Source: Antedon mediterranea
Taxonomy: Eukaryota > Animalia > Echinodermata
Direction: 5' to 3'
NCBI RefSeq assembly: GCF_964355755.1
Contig: NC_092678.1
Coordinates: 6,898,422 to 6,962,421 of the forward strand
DNA: 64,000 nt
Part shown: positions 1-12,886 of the stretch, in pieces
Numbering within the stretch: the stretch's first letter is position 1
Layout: each line of letters opens with the position of its first letter
The notes under the pieces: generated by a model
Seen by the model: only the letters and a program-made list of their open reading frames with translations
What the model was told of the DNA's origin: nothing
Databases searched by the model: none
Made by a program: the position numbers and the translations under genes

Positions 1-279
1 GATTCTTAACTTATCTTTAATATAACTTTGTTAAATCAAGCAATCTTCATAAACCATCGTTAAGGTTTTGATTAGGTGTTTTAGTTCATCCTTTTGAACT
101 TTGTAGTTCAGGCTCTAACACGCCCGCCCTAACTACCGTCCTTTTTCGGTTACCGTACCGCCCCGAAGCCAAACCTCACTAGGCCTATATTGAAGGAATT
201 GCGGCGGTAGGTTTGGTACGATAGTCCCATTCGCTTTAAAAAATAAATAAAATACTACCTACGCAAAGTGTCCGCATTA

Positions 280-457
280 AGCTTGGTTCCCACTAGAACG
301 TAACGCAAGGACGTAAACGCAACGCAAGCGTTTTAACCAATGACAAGCGAAGTTATAGACAGTTAGCATCACAAGCGAATAAGCCATCGCTTGTGATTGG
401 TCAATTCACTTGCGTTGCATTACGTCCTTGTGTTGCGTCGCTGATGGGAACCACGCT
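280..457. mobile_element. PIF/Harbinger-type MITE, family A
   Basis: Termini AGCTTGGTTCCCACTAG ... GATGGGAACCACGCT, flanked by TTA on both sides (277-279, 458-460). Near-identical inverted copy at 7687-7865. Confidence 0.8.
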
Positions 458-760
458 TTAGATCGGTAAACAAACTGTTATTTCAAATCGCTTAATCAAC
501 GGACACCCAACTAGGTTGTTTATAACACCTGTAAAAATGGAAATCTATACGCCCGAAGAAACAAATCCAACTTGTATACGTAACCATGAGCAGTGTTATT
601 GCTACAGTTAATTATGAAAATTAATATTTGATTAAATGGAGCGCAACATATCTCTAGGGTTTATATTTCAATTAATTATTTTGATTCTTAATCGATGTAG
701 CGATACAAGCGTTGAACTCATACTAGCGACATGTTTATTTCATGCAAATTGCTAAATGTT

Positions 761-1720
761 CAATAAGGGAAGGGTGAATGAGGGAAGAATGAATGAGGGA
801 AGAGTGAATGAGGGAAGAGTGAATGAGGGAAGAGTGAATGAGGGAAGAGTGAATGAGGGAAGAGTGAATGAGGGAAGAGTGAATGAGGGAAGAGTGAATG
901 AGGGAAGAGTGAATGAGGGAAGAGTGAATGAGGGAAGAATGCATGAGGGAAGAGTGAATGAGGGAAGAGTGAATGAGGGAAGAGTGAATGAGGGAAGAGT
1001 GAATGAGGGAAGAGTGAATGAGGGAAGAGTGAATGAGGGAAGAGTGAATGAGGGAAGAGTGAATGAGGGAAGAGTGAATGAGGGAAGAGTGAATGAGGGA
1101 AGAGTGAATGAGGGAAGAGTGAATGAGGGAAGAGTGAATGAGGGAAGAGTGAATGAGGGAAGAGTGAATGAGGGAAGAGTGAATGAGGGAAGAGTGAATG
1201 AGGGAAGAGTGAATGAGGGAAGAGTGAATGAGGGAAGAGTGAATGAGGGAAGAGTGAATGAGGGAAGAGTGAATGAGGGAAGAGTGAATGAGGGAAGAGT
1301 GAATGAGGGAAGAGTGAATGAGGGAAGAGTGAATCAGGGAAGAATGAATCAGGGAAGAGTGAATGAGGGAAGAATGAATCAGGGAAGAGTGAATGAGGGA
1401 AGAGTGAATGAGGGAAGAGTGAATGAGGGAAGAATGAATGAGGGAAGAATGCATGAGGGAAGAGTGAATGAGGGAAGAGTGAATGAGGGAAGAGTGAATG
1501 AGGGAAGAGTGAATGAGGGAAGAATGCATGAGGGAAGAATGCATGAGGGAAGAGTGAATGAGGGAAGAGTGAATGAGGGAAGAGTGAATGAGGGAAGAAT
1601 GAATGAGGGAAGAGTGAATGAGGGAAGAGTGAATGAGGGAAGAGTGAATGAGGGAAGAATGAATGAGGGAAGAGTGAATGAGGGAAGAGTGAATGAGGGA
1701 AGAATGAATGAGGGAAGCGT
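761..1720 (+). repeat. 15-bp minisatellite (GAATGAGGGAAGAGT)n, ~64 copies
   Basis: Directly visible array with minor variants (GAATGCAT, GAATCAGG). It explains the NEGRV/HSSLI ORFs. Confidence 0.97.
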
Positions 1721-1766
1721 GAACTTCACTGAGTTTGTTTGGATAGCTAAAGTAATTTGTTAACGG

Positions 1767-1845
1767 TTCAGTGAGAGTTGCTAACTTTTCAGTTAGAGTT
1801 GCTTACTTTTCAGTGAGAGTTGCTAACTTTTCAGTAAGAGTTGCT
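1767..1845 (+). repeat. 21-bp tandem repeat (TTCAGTGAGAGTTGCTAACTT), ~4 copies
   Basis: Visible repeat; shares a GAGTT(G/A)CTAA core with the array at 2440-2735. Confidence 0.7.
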
Positions 1846-2439
1846 TTAGTAAAATTCAGCGTAATGTGATAACGATTTAGCGAGAGAGTTGTTATCGATT
1901 CTTCTTCTTTCCCTTATCAGGGAATGTATTCAATTCAAGTATATTATGGTCCATTGACCCTAATACAAAACATAATAGACTATCTTCAGTTAATTATTTA
2001 TTCTTTTCAAAAGCAAGGCGTATTTTCCAAAATTAAAAATAAAGTTTGTGTTTAAAAGTAATAACTTGAAGGATAAACATATATAAATCTGGGATTATAT
2101 AAATGTTTTTCTTCAATCATTATAAATGTACTTTGTAAAATAAAATGCAATTCATCCTTAACAATGTTCTTTTTACATTATTTTACGCGTTCTCTTATAT
2201 TATTATCTTTCTAAGCGTTCCCAACTCCCCTTTTCAGTTTCAAGCTCTAATATCCCTAAACGTAAGTCAATAATCGCCTTTTTTCAAAATTAATGATATT
2301 GATCAAATGATAATTTGAACATATTTCTTTTTTTATAAAGCGTAACTTAAATTCTTTCAAAAATAAACTTTTACTATACTAACAAATTGTTGTAGCCAGA
2401 TATAGTAACCAATGAAATGATATATTCAAATAAAGTTAC

Positions 2440-2735
2440 TAACGGTTTAGCGCGAGTTGGTAGCGGTTCAATAAGAAGAGTTGTTTAGCGTAAGTAACTA
2501 AAAGGTTTAGCGTGAGTTATTAAGGCTCAGCGTGAGTTACTAAACGTTTTAGGCGTGAGTTACTAACATTTTTAGCGTGAGTTACTAAAAGGTTTAGCTT
2601 AGCTTGAGTTACTAAATGGTTTAGCGTGAGTTACTAAAAGGTTTAGCGTGAGTTACTAAAAGGTTTAGCGTAAGTTACTAAAAGGTTTAGCGTGAGTCAC
2701 TAAACGATTAAGCGTTAGTTGCTAAAAGTTTAACT
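2440..2735 (+). repeat. ~22-bp tandem repeat (GGTTTAGCGTGAGTTACTAAAA)
   Basis: About a dozen degenerate copies, most regular at 2600-2700. Confidence 0.85.
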
Positions 2736-4606
2736 AAACGCTGAAAAAACCCATTAATAATATGTATTGATTTGTTCTAACCTTAAAAAATCTCATTATT
2801 TTTTCGTATTAATGTTTTTCGATAATTGTTTTATTCCATGCATACATAGTTGAATATTTAATTTTTAATAACTGTAATGGTATCAGCAATAATTATCTTT
2901 GATACAGGTAATATGAAAGAAATATAATATGATTGATGGGAAATGGATGATACATGATTTTAAAGAAGGTTTATTTTTAATAAAAATGTGTTATGAATTA
3001 TGTGTGATGAAGGACAATTGATTCAGGGTCCTTCATATTATTATGTAAGACTATTACCATTATGTAATATTGTTTCTAGTATGATAACGGTGGATATCAC
3101 TCACTTTTCTTTTTCAAAATAATTATTTTATTATCTCTTAAATAGGACTGGGGCTAATTAGATCTATCTAACTAGTTTTAAATTAAATGTCGAACTTTCT
3201 AAAGCATCTAAACGCTACAAATGCAATTAAAAAGCTATAATATATACACAATTTTCTATAATAAACGTAATTCTTTCGCGAACACTATTTCTTTATTGTA
3301 AAACTTCGGCAATAATAATAATAATAATGATTATTATAATAATGCGCTGCTCTCGCAGCATTTATTAGGTCCAATAAAACATCGGAAATTCGTTTTTTGT
3401 ACACTATTTAAAAAGAACGAATACATATAATAAGAACATAGTACACACTATACAAAATTGCACATAAACATTATACATAATAACAAAAATACATTATATA
3501 AAAATTATATGAAAATGTATGAAAATATATCCACGTATGGGCGGCCAATATGGACAAATAGAGGGAACAATGCACATAATGAAGAACTGTATATAGTACC
3601 ATACTATTGCACCAATTTGACAACTGAACGTGTTTCTAGAATATATACAATTTCTATTTAATTAATTGTTGTGATCAACAAAGGCAACGTTTGAAGGATT
3701 TTCGTATTATAATATAATGTCAATTATAAAATGCAATCGTATTGGGCTGATTGCAATAGATATAAGATCATTTTATAAGGTTTCCTTATATTGAATTATA
3801 AAAATGCCATCAAATTAAGCAAAATATGGCAGTTACATGGTCATGGGCTATGAAAAATAGTGCCGGGAGAGTCATTAAATGTACGGAATACTTCTAGAAT
3901 CTATTAAATCTTAAAGGTGTAATATTGTATGTGTGGGTGTTTATTCAAAATTGTTATTTTCAATTTTAATAAAATAAAACAGGAAACAGAAATAAATGTT
4001 TTCGCTTTATGGAGAATGTGATTTAATGTTTTATACATTGTATGTACCGACAGTATAGTTGAAAAGGTGACGATTTTGAAAAGGTGACAATTTATTTAAA
4101 ACATGATAATTCATTATTCTTCCGGCTGTGAAGGAATTACAAGTAATTATTACTCTACAGCATGTGAATTTTGTTTTGGCTTCGGTTTCTTTTTAAAGTG
4201 TAAATGTTGATACATTCGTCGGATCAAGATGATATAAGCTCTGCTTCTGAACTTAATCTAAAAATTGATTATATTTGTTACTATCCATTCACTGAATACA
4301 ATTAAAAAGTGTTTTTCAACTCTAGTAAAAATATGAAGTAAATTCACAATTGTGAATCATAAGTTCAAAACACAATCATTTTTAAATAAGGAAGGCTTAT
4401 TATTATATTATATAAATATTGTAAACAAATCAAAATAAATAATGAATCAATCATTGAACTGTTATTCAGTCTTTCATGATCAAGTTGTGACCTCTTGATT
4501 AATTAATCTAAAATTGATTTAAAATTTAACAAACTGTTAAGATTATAACCGAATACACGTAGGCGGCCTAGGAAACATGTAACCAAACACTTTTTACAAC
4601 AAGGCC

Positions 4607-4700
4607 ACATACATGGCTGCAGTCGTGCTCAAGTTAGTGTTAGTGTTTACCGACCAGCCGACCGACCGACCGACCAATCGACAGACCGAGCTGTAGAGTA
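4607..4700 (+). mobile_element. Helentron/DINE-like fragment with (GACC)n microsatellite
   Basis: CATACATGGCTGCAGTCG...(CCGA)n...GTAGAGT, repeated at 5296-5385. A matching hairpin terminus AGAGTCGCGTCCACGCGACTAAAA lies at ~41218. Confidence 0.45.
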
Positions 4701-5295
4701 AAATGTTACATTTTGTAAGATTTATGTACGTGTGAATGAGGTCTTATAGTCTGCTTGTAGATGTATAGTTGCTAGTCTTACAAATGGTTTTTGACTTAAA
4801 TTTACATTTTAAATTGTATTTTGTTGCATTAACACTTCTTGAAGAATAATGTTCAGTTACAACATGATTAACATTCGTCCGATAAAAATGTCTAGATTTA
4901 AAATCGGTATTGTTCTAATTTAAAGCTAACATTAATGAATTAAACGCGAGTAATTCAAGAATTCACGCTCTGAATCTACTAGCTAATGCGAAGTGTGGAT
5001 GTCAACATTATACGGTCTTGCAAACAGCTTAACCGAGTGAAAACGTCTGCTCAATAAATAATGCCATAGTTAAGTTTCACCGATTAGTGTGTTTTATTCC
5101 ACCGTTCGACTTACTGTACATCTCCCTGGTCGACGTCATCGTAACACGTAGGCGTATACGAATTGATAAAGTACCGACATGCATAATAATCACCAATCAA
5201 AAACGATACTAATCGATCATATGGAAGCCTCAGCATCGGTATTATCGACGTATCGATGTACAGTATTAATACAAGTCTTAATTTTACTCCTAACA

Positions 5296-5390
5296 TATAC
5301 ATGGCTGCAGTCGCGTGCTCAAATTGAGTGAGTGTTTACCGACCGACCGACCGACCGACATGGTGAGGTGTAGAGTCGCATTTGCACACA
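5296..5390 (+). mobile_element. Second Helentron/DINE-like fragment
   Basis: Homologous to 4607-4700 and ends TAGAGTCGCA. Confidence 0.45.
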
Positions 5391-5864
5391 CGGTAAATTG
5401 CAAATTAATAGTAAAGTGTCCGCCTCAGCATTTGTTTATGGAAATGTCCGCTTATATAGTGTACTGACAATACACTAGAACAAACATGCCTTTTTGATGA
5501 GTGTCCGGTATGGGTAAGGGGGGGGGGGAGGGGTTCTTATCCAGAAAGTTCAATTCATTGAAGTCAAAAGTTCTTATACATTTAATTTAAAGGTCAAGAT
5601 TCAGAATGTCTTAAATGCCAAATCAATGATTCATCACGTTGTTTATTTGATACCGCTTAAAATATTTATATACATTGTAGATCCATCAATCAGTTGAACT
5701 AATGAATCTACTCAGTGAGTAAAAATGCCATTATTTCTGGGGAATTATTCTTCGTAAGTAAGTTTATATAGTATTAATGTAAAGCTGATTCAAAATAAGT
5801 ATTAAGAGATCATGATGGTATTAAGGGCATAAGATACACGACTCTGCTGTATTATAACTTGGGA

Positions 5865-6110
5865 AAAGTACTTGCATTAAGGACAGGATTGATTACGACA
5901 CCATTTGCGGCTGAATTCATGACAAGTATTTGCATGATGGGAAGGATTTATTACGACGCCACTTACGGCTGAATTCCTACGACAAGCAGTTGCATGATTG
6001 GTTGGATGAGAACGACGACACTTACGGCTGAATTTCTACGACAAGCACTTGCATGATGGGAAAGATTTATTACGACGCCACTTACGGCTGAATTCCTACG
6101 ACAAGCATTT
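5865..6110 (+). repeat. ~59-bp tandem repeat, 4 copies
   Basis: CGGCTGAATT recurs at 5908, 5966, 6025 and 6085. Confidence 0.85.
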
Positions 6111-6885
6111 GACAATTCAATTGATGGTTTTACAATAATTTACGACTCTCGAGTTTAAATGGACAACATGAGTAGTTATTTTACTCCCTGCTTAAGCTTA
6201 TGCAGAAGTCCTAATGAATGTAGCCTAATTTGTAGAATTTATCTAAATGAAGTTGTCTTCATTATGTAGCAGCTAAAATAGCTTAACGTCATCAACATCC
6301 GGTTCGCTCACCATTTCTGCTGATTTATAGGCGCAGCTATTATTGTGTGCAGAATTTGGGTCGACCGACGAATCCACAACTCCCTGACCTACAGTATAGG
6401 AAAAAGCTAGGCCAGGTAAATCGATGTGTCGACGCTCGTCGTCTGGGATTAGAATCATCCAAGAGGTCGTCACTCCACAAATGTAATCCATTTTCACTCT
6501 TACAGTCGCCAAAGATTGACTTCTTCATCAGTATTATCTACGAATGTCAACATAAACGGTTGTTGGTCATACCCATGTACCACTTTGATTTTAGGATCAT
6601 GTGGAAAAACACATCACGACAATAGTACAGACATTTTGAAAATTACACCAGGAATTGACTTTAAGCTACAGTAGGCCTACAACACAGCATTATGATTGTA
6701 TACACAAATCAATAATGTAGAACGTTAGTATCAGTTGTTTTGGAATAAGCGATTTGTGACGTGGTTCGCTCCTTCCCTCGACACAGGTTCGATGGTTTCT
6801 AGGTCCAGGCGACAACAGACCACACAATAATTGACCTGACCTAGGTTGGTGGTTGGTCCTCGGTCGTCACAAATCGAAAGCTTAA

Positions 6886-7207
6886 AGATGTATTGTCCCC
6901 TTAAAACATGAAAATCGAAGACTTAATAAAAGCAGACCATTTTGTAGTTTTAACCAAGTTAATCATTTCCGTGGAAATAAAACCCCGAAAAGAAAAATGT
7001 TTCACTTTTAAATTGACAAGATAAGTTCAACCAAAAACCCATTGGCTGGCGGCCAATTTGACTATTTTTTTCTTTAAATTAGTTTTTTTTCTGGTAAATA
7101 GCTTTTTTTCGATCAAGTTTTTGGTCAAAGTGAATAACTATTAGGCCTACGTGACATTGAAAAATTCCCCAAAAAATTGAAAAACATATTCCAGGTGGAC
7201 AATATCT
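6886..7207. mobile_element. Kolobok-like MITE (TTAA TSD)
   Basis: TTAA|AGATGTATTGTCCCC ... GGACAATATCT|TTAA; related copy at 41591-41854. Confidence 0.7.
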
Positions 7208-7686
7208 TTAATAAAAGTTTATTTTAGAATAGCAGGTGTGTGTTATAAAACAAATATTTTGTATTCGTTCAATTAGGGGAATATTTTCATTTGGTAAAAG
7301 CTTTTGCGTCTTATCTTTCAACTATTTCTGAAAGATCTCACATAAACATTAAAAAGTATAAGAAACTAATTTAAAATAGTCTTAAACGTAGATTAAGTAT
7401 TACTACTAAATAATAAAGTCAGGCGATAAGCCTGAATGAATGAATGAATGAAATAAAATGCCATCTGACTTTAACGCATTTAAGATGTCTCAATTTTCTC
7501 GTCAAATTTCTGATTTCTTTTCATAAATTATGATATATAGCCTGTTTTCTATTATAGCTTAAAGGTCTATTTAAACGTGAACATAAACATGATTTACTAC
7601 TCTATAGAAAATTACAAACACACTATGCATTTGAAGCCGTATACAAAGATTTACTATTATTGAAATACTACATCAAAGGACTATAA

Positions 7687-7865
7687 AGCGTGGTTCCCAC
7701 TAGCAACGCAACACAAGGACGTAACGCAACGCAAGTGAATTGACCAATCACAAGCGATGGCTTATTCGCTTGTGATTGCTAACTGTCTATAACTTCGCTT
7801 GTCATTGGTTAAAACGCTTGCGTTGTGTTTACGTCCTTGCGTTACGTTCTAGTGGGAACCAAGCT
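7687..7865. mobile_element. PIF/Harbinger-type MITE, family A
   Basis: TAA|AGCGTGGTTCCCACTAG ... CTAGTGGGAACCAAGCT|TAA. Confidence 0.85.
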
Positions 7866-8602
7866 TAAGCCGTATACAAAAGAACATAATTTATAGTACC
7901 GGTACATCTTTCGGGACGAGTAGGAGATTACCCGGTGTACTGACCCGGTGTGGGCCTTTCGTGTTGCCGTGATTCAAGACACGGTACACAAACGACCTAC
8001 AACCACACTGGGTTACGGTACCAGTAACATCATAATTATAGACGGATCGGATGCCATAGTTGTGGCATAAAAACTTATGTAAAGATTTATGTTAAGTTCA
8101 GCATACTTTAATTTTATGTAATCTCTTAAAACAATTTATTTACATTTTTAATAACTAAAAGCATAAATAAAGATCGTCTTTATACTACTTGTATACTTTG
8201 CAGAATTTGCTAGTATAGACTTCTGCAAACTTGTTTTCTGATTTTTGCCAAAGTTTGTCAACTCGTGGTCTACATTAACACACGTTTCTCGACACACTCT
8301 AGTTAGGACACAAACTTTGCCAGTGTAAAAAGGCCTCGTTTACACTATAAATCAATCTTTAATTTTCCGAAGTTTGCAAGAAGTAGATTAGACCAGTTGA
8401 CAGAAGTTAGGCAGTGTATACATTATTGACTATTTGCTGGTGACCAGATTTGAGACAATCAGTCAATTAAATAAATAACAGCCTTCGGTGCTTTGCAGTC
8501 ATGTGATCTTTCAGATAGACAATTTGACAGCCTCTAGTATCTAGTCTTGTAGAAACCACAAACTTCTCCAAACAGTGAAAAACTCAATATAGATTTGATT
8601 GA

Positions 8603-8633
<31 letters not shown>

Positions 8634-8827
8634 CTTTTATTTTTCACACAACATTCATAGAAATATAAATAAAAGATTAAGTACAATAAAGTGTGAAAAA
8701 CAGGATAACCACAAGCAAGCAAAGCTTTTAATCTGTGGCACCCTAACTTAAAATATAAATTTACAAATATATTACAAAAATGTTTTCATGTAGTAAATAA
8801 ATGAAGGAAAATACAAACAAACAAACA

Positions 8828-9280
8828 AAAATTCGGTAATGTTTGCTAGTGTACACTAACTCAGCGAATCAAATAACAGTCTTTGGTGCTTAGAAGTCAC
8901 GTGATCTTCCAGATAGACCAATAGACAGCATGCTGTAACTAGTCTAGTAGAAATCTAGTAGAAACTTCTCTAAACACAAGTGTTTGCAAATAAAAATTCG
9001 GTAATGTTTGCTAGTGTACACTAACTCAGCGAATCAAATAACAGCCTTTGGTGTTTAGAAGTCACGTGATCTTCCAGATAGACCAATAGACAGCATGCTG
9101 TAACTAGTCTAGTAGAAATCTAGTAGAAACTTCTCTAAACACAAGTGTTTGCAAATAAAAATTCGGTAATGTTTGCTAAATGTAGACTAACTCAGCAAAA
9201 CATATAAAAGTCTGGTACTTTACAGTCATGTAGTTTTCCAGATAGACACATTGACATCCTCCAATAACTAGTCTAGAATC
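8828..9280 (+). repeat. 165-bp tandem duplication (two near-identical copies plus one degenerate) upstream of the GPCR
   Basis: AAAATTCGGTAATGTTTGCTA at ~8828, ~8993 and ~9158. An older degenerate copy is at ~8460-8575. Confidence 0.85.
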
Positions 9281-9390
9281 GAATCGATATAGTTACAAAC
9301 TGATGAGTTTCTAGTGTAGACTAAACATACAACTACAACTTAAAACAATCTTCCATTATATTTTTCAGATTGTGCAACTTCTGTTCTACA

Positions 9391-10434
9391 ATGAATTTAA
9401 GTATAAACGACACTGTGCAACAGATTCTGTACACGACTTTTGATAAAGCGGTTATCGCTGGATTCATGCCCTTCGTCGTGCTTTTTGGAGTTATCGGCAA
9501 CGTCGCAACCGTTTTAGTCTTAATCAAAGGAAGAGTGAACAACACTGTCAACATCTACTTGCTGAACTTAGCGCTTGCTGATTTGCTGTTTCTCTTAACT
9601 GCTCCGGATTTGATATGGCATTCTTATATAAACAGTCCAATCCATGACTATTTTGATATGGATGTGCACGTGTTCTTCTGTAAGACAACGTTCTATTTTG
9701 CCGACGCAGCAGTACAGTGTGCATCGTTTACTGTAGTGTGGGTATCGCTGGAACGGTATATCTCCATTCGGCGTCCGCTTTTATTTCGTCGATATGGTTT
9801 TGCTTCTAGAACTCGGGCCGCCAAGATCTGTATACTAATCTGGTTAATTGCTTTGACTCTGCAAAGTCGAAAACTGTTTTTAGTGAAAAGTGTTTCAGTG
9901 CCTTTCCCTTGGCCTGATATGTATCTGGGACTTCCGAACACAACAAACGCTTGCTCCAATTGCGATATAAATAACAACACCCAGTGTGACGTAGTGATAT
10001 GGTGGCTGATTATTGACACGTCCATTTCATTTATAATTGTAACCGCAATTTGTTTCATATATTCTGTACTATTACAGACTTTACGCAATTCTCCTTTTAC
10101 GGATTCGAATTCAACGGGTGCGAGAATGAAATTACGTGCAGAGCGAAAAGTGTTCCAAACACTGTTTATAACTGTAACCGTGTATGTAATATGTTTCGCG
10201 CCTTTTTTTACTATAAATCTTATAATAACATTTAGTGATATACAGTTTAGAACCATGCTTGGTTTACTAAATATCACACGTGTCCTGGTATATACTAATT
10301 CTGCGATAAACCCTGTGATTTACAATGCTACAAATAAAGTGTATAGACACGCGTTTGCTGAGATGTTTTGTTGTCGTCAGCCGATGCATCGAAAGATACA
10401 AACGACGCTAATGACTGAAGAAACAACACATTAA
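9391..10434 (+). CDS. Rhodopsin-like (class A) GPCR, peptide-receptor-like orphan, 347 aa, single coding exon
   Basis: Seven hydrophobic segments: TM1 GN, TM2 NLALADLL, TM3 Cys and ERY, TM4 W, TM6 CFAPF, TM7 NSAINPVIY, helix 8 then CC. N-terminal NLS/NDT sequons. A splice acceptor TTTTTCAG ends at 9368, and the frame is open from 9370. Confidence 0.93.
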   Translation: MNLSINDTVQQILYTTFDKAVIAGFMPFVVLFGVIGNVATVLVLIKGRVNNTVNIYLLNLALADLLFLLTAPDLIWHSYINSPIHDYFDMDVHVFFCKTTFYFADAAVQCASFTVVWVSLERYISIRRPLLFRRYGFASRTRAAKICILIWLIALTLQSRKLFLVKSVSVPFPWPDMYLGLPNTTNACSNCDINNNTQCDVVIWWLIIDTSISFIIVTAICFIYSVLLQTLRNSPFTDSNSTGARMKLRAERKVFQTLFITVTVYVICFAPFFTINLIITFSDIQFRTMLGLLNITRVLVYTNSAINPVIYNATNKVYRHAFAEMFCCRQPMHRKIQTTLMTEETTH

Positions 10435-11515
10435 AACGCTGCGTCATTACGTGTCTTGTTTAATGACACCGAATGTATGATTAGGCCTACATAGAACAAT
10501 GGAACAAATTAACCAGCATTCATAACGGAAAGGGAAAGTGAAGTACCAACGTAATTAGCAACATCTTAACATTTAGTGGCTTCTTGTAGGAGTATATTAG
10601 ATTCAGATTTAATACAGTAATCATTATAAGTTGTTATATAATTGTCCACGTTTAACGAAGTTCTATAACGCGTTACATATGCTCTAGAACGCGTTATGAC
10701 AACCTTATTCGATGACGATAATGATGCACTAATTTGGAATAATTGTTCAGATATGCATGCTGAATTTGCACATATAAATGTTACTTATTTTTACGGAATT
10801 GTATAGTTAACTATACTACATTTTCCATAGACAAAAAATTGCAATATATAGAGGGCGCTTTATAACGAGTACGAACCATAGACTGACACTAGAGCAGATA
10901 AAACAAATGGCCGATAAACTCTCTTTTTCTAATTGATTTCGACTTATTGACTAATTTGGTAATCTACTGACAAACTGACAAAAAGCAATCGACCGAGACT
11001 GACCAATAAACATTGTAAAACTTTCTTTACCACCAACCGACAAAATCTAAACTAGGCCTAACAGACATATACTATTAATGGGGAATAGACCTTCATCTAT
11101 ATATACATTTTCATACTTAATGCTACTTGCATATAATTGATATAAAGTTTGACTTGTATAATTTAATATATTTGGTAATGTTTATACTTGTTGTTGTAAT
11201 TTTCGTGCAGTTTTTCGTCTGTTCTTCCGCAATCTATTTTTAGATTGGTCAAATTGAACTTCAGGATCAAATGTTAAAATCAACACATTTTGTGTCAGAC
11301 GTTTTAAATTTGCATCAAGTGTTCGTTAATGTCTTCATCGCATTTTTTCAAGATTGATTCGTAAAAAATAAACGGTTAATAATAACTTAGACTTTAGGCC
11401 TGACATAAGCACAACGTGTTAACGACGTAAAAACGTCAACGTACTTATGTGGTTCAATTGAAGTATAGTTCACACGGTATAGAGCAATAATACAGTTAAT
11501 TAGAGCTTATACTAA

Positions 11516-11845
11516 AGCTTAGTTCCCACTAAGACGTAGTCTGGGTTCCAGGCGGAGTTTTGACTTAATATTAGTAAAAATATAACTATTTTGGCACATA
11601 AATGTCGTTTATACGTATACTACTTGAGCTTTCAGACAAAACATCGAAAAGCCTCAAAACGCCTAGAAATAACTACAGACTTGGGGCAAGTCTAACTAGG
11701 ACGCAACGTAAGGACACAGACGAAAGTTCGACGCAAGTTGAGTTGACCAATGGCAAGCGACAGTCCGATCCATCGTTTGTGATATAAATTAACACTTGGA
11801 TTGCGCTCACGCTGTTGCATTCCGCGCCTTCGTGGGAAACCAATT
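11516..11845. mobile_element. Harbinger-type MITE interrupted by a nested 158-bp element (11537-11694)
   Basis: Begins TAA|AGCTTAGTTCCCACTA. The insert has TAG...CTA ends and is flanked by ACTAAGACG / ACTAGGACG (9-bp duplication, 1 mismatch). Confidence 0.6.
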
Positions 11846-12734
11846 ATAATTGGACAACTTTAGAAATAACCAGAGTTTCTCCACTGAATAGGAGTTGGCT
11901 GTTGGTGTTGAAACGTAGACTTCCCCTTGTTCGTTTTACGGAAAAGTGTCTTTAATATGGGTTTTACTGTAACAGTAATTTTCAGTCATTATATTTGCTT
12001 ATTGTTATTATATGGTACATCTATTAAAGTAAAAGAAATAAAGTTATACAATTCGAAAACAACTAATTAATACAGTACAGTATTATGAACTTTTGACGGA
12101 AATTGAAATTCAATTTAACAATTGTATTAAATATATTACTGTATTGTAAAGTTATATGAACGTTTTATTAATGGTAGGATATGTAGGTTAATATTGAGAA
12201 ATATACATAATAAAACGATTCAATATAATGTATTTATATTATTGTTGTATTTATATATAAATAATTACATATTACTTTATGTATCTATCTATCTATCTAT
12301 CGAGGGCTGGGTTGGGAAATATTGCTGTTAATAAATTATATATACCAATCTGTGAGTCTTTCGCTATGTAATATAATGTATACAATTGCACAATTGATGG
12401 CTGGTGAAATTAAAAACTGTAAACTTATCGATAGACTTAAGCTACGTTTATGACAAGCCCGGATGTTGTTCTGGATGTCTGAGGCAGAAATCGTGAATGA
12501 TGCATGTATGATGATATTATTTATTTTATCTATGTTAACGAATTACAAGATAGCCGACCTACATTCTCAATATGACCGAACCTAATTCACTCTACACAGT
12601 CTCTCCTAGTAAAAAAACCCACGAAGATTTCGATGGCTTTCGAACCGCAAACTGAAATCTATATCAGTTTGCCACACAAATACCTTGTAAAAAATCTAGC
12701 GTCCGTAATGTCCTAATTTGATGAGCCATCATAA

Positions 12735-12886
12735 AGCGTGATTCTCGCTAGAGACGCAACGAAAGGACGTACGCACAACGCAAGCGAGTTGATCAATGAC
12801 AAGCCACTATTCGAATAATCCATCGCTTGTGATTGGTCAAACCACTTACGACGTCCTTGCGTTGCGTCGCTAGTGGGAACCAAGCT
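12735..12886. mobile_element. Harbinger-type MITE, family A (degenerate)
   Basis: AGCGTGATTCTCGCTAG ... CTAGTGGGAACCAAGCT. Confidence 0.7.

Noticed and set aside
735-1763. Long ORFs (NEGRV)n, (HSSLI)n and (FTLPS)n
   Set aside because: They are by-products of a stop-free 15-bp minisatellite, with no unique coding flanks.
6273-6630. Coding-looking minus-strand stretch and overlapping short ORFs
   Set aside because: It is broken by stops or frameshifts and has no motif I can recognise; it may be a TE or gene relic but cannot be assigned.
6750-6876. 12-bp inverted repeat CGATTTGTGACG / CGTCACAAATCG
   Set aside because: No clear TSD or second copy, so too weak to call a MITE.
9693-10277. 194-aa antisense ORF
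   Set aside because: It is a shadow of the GPCR coding strand.
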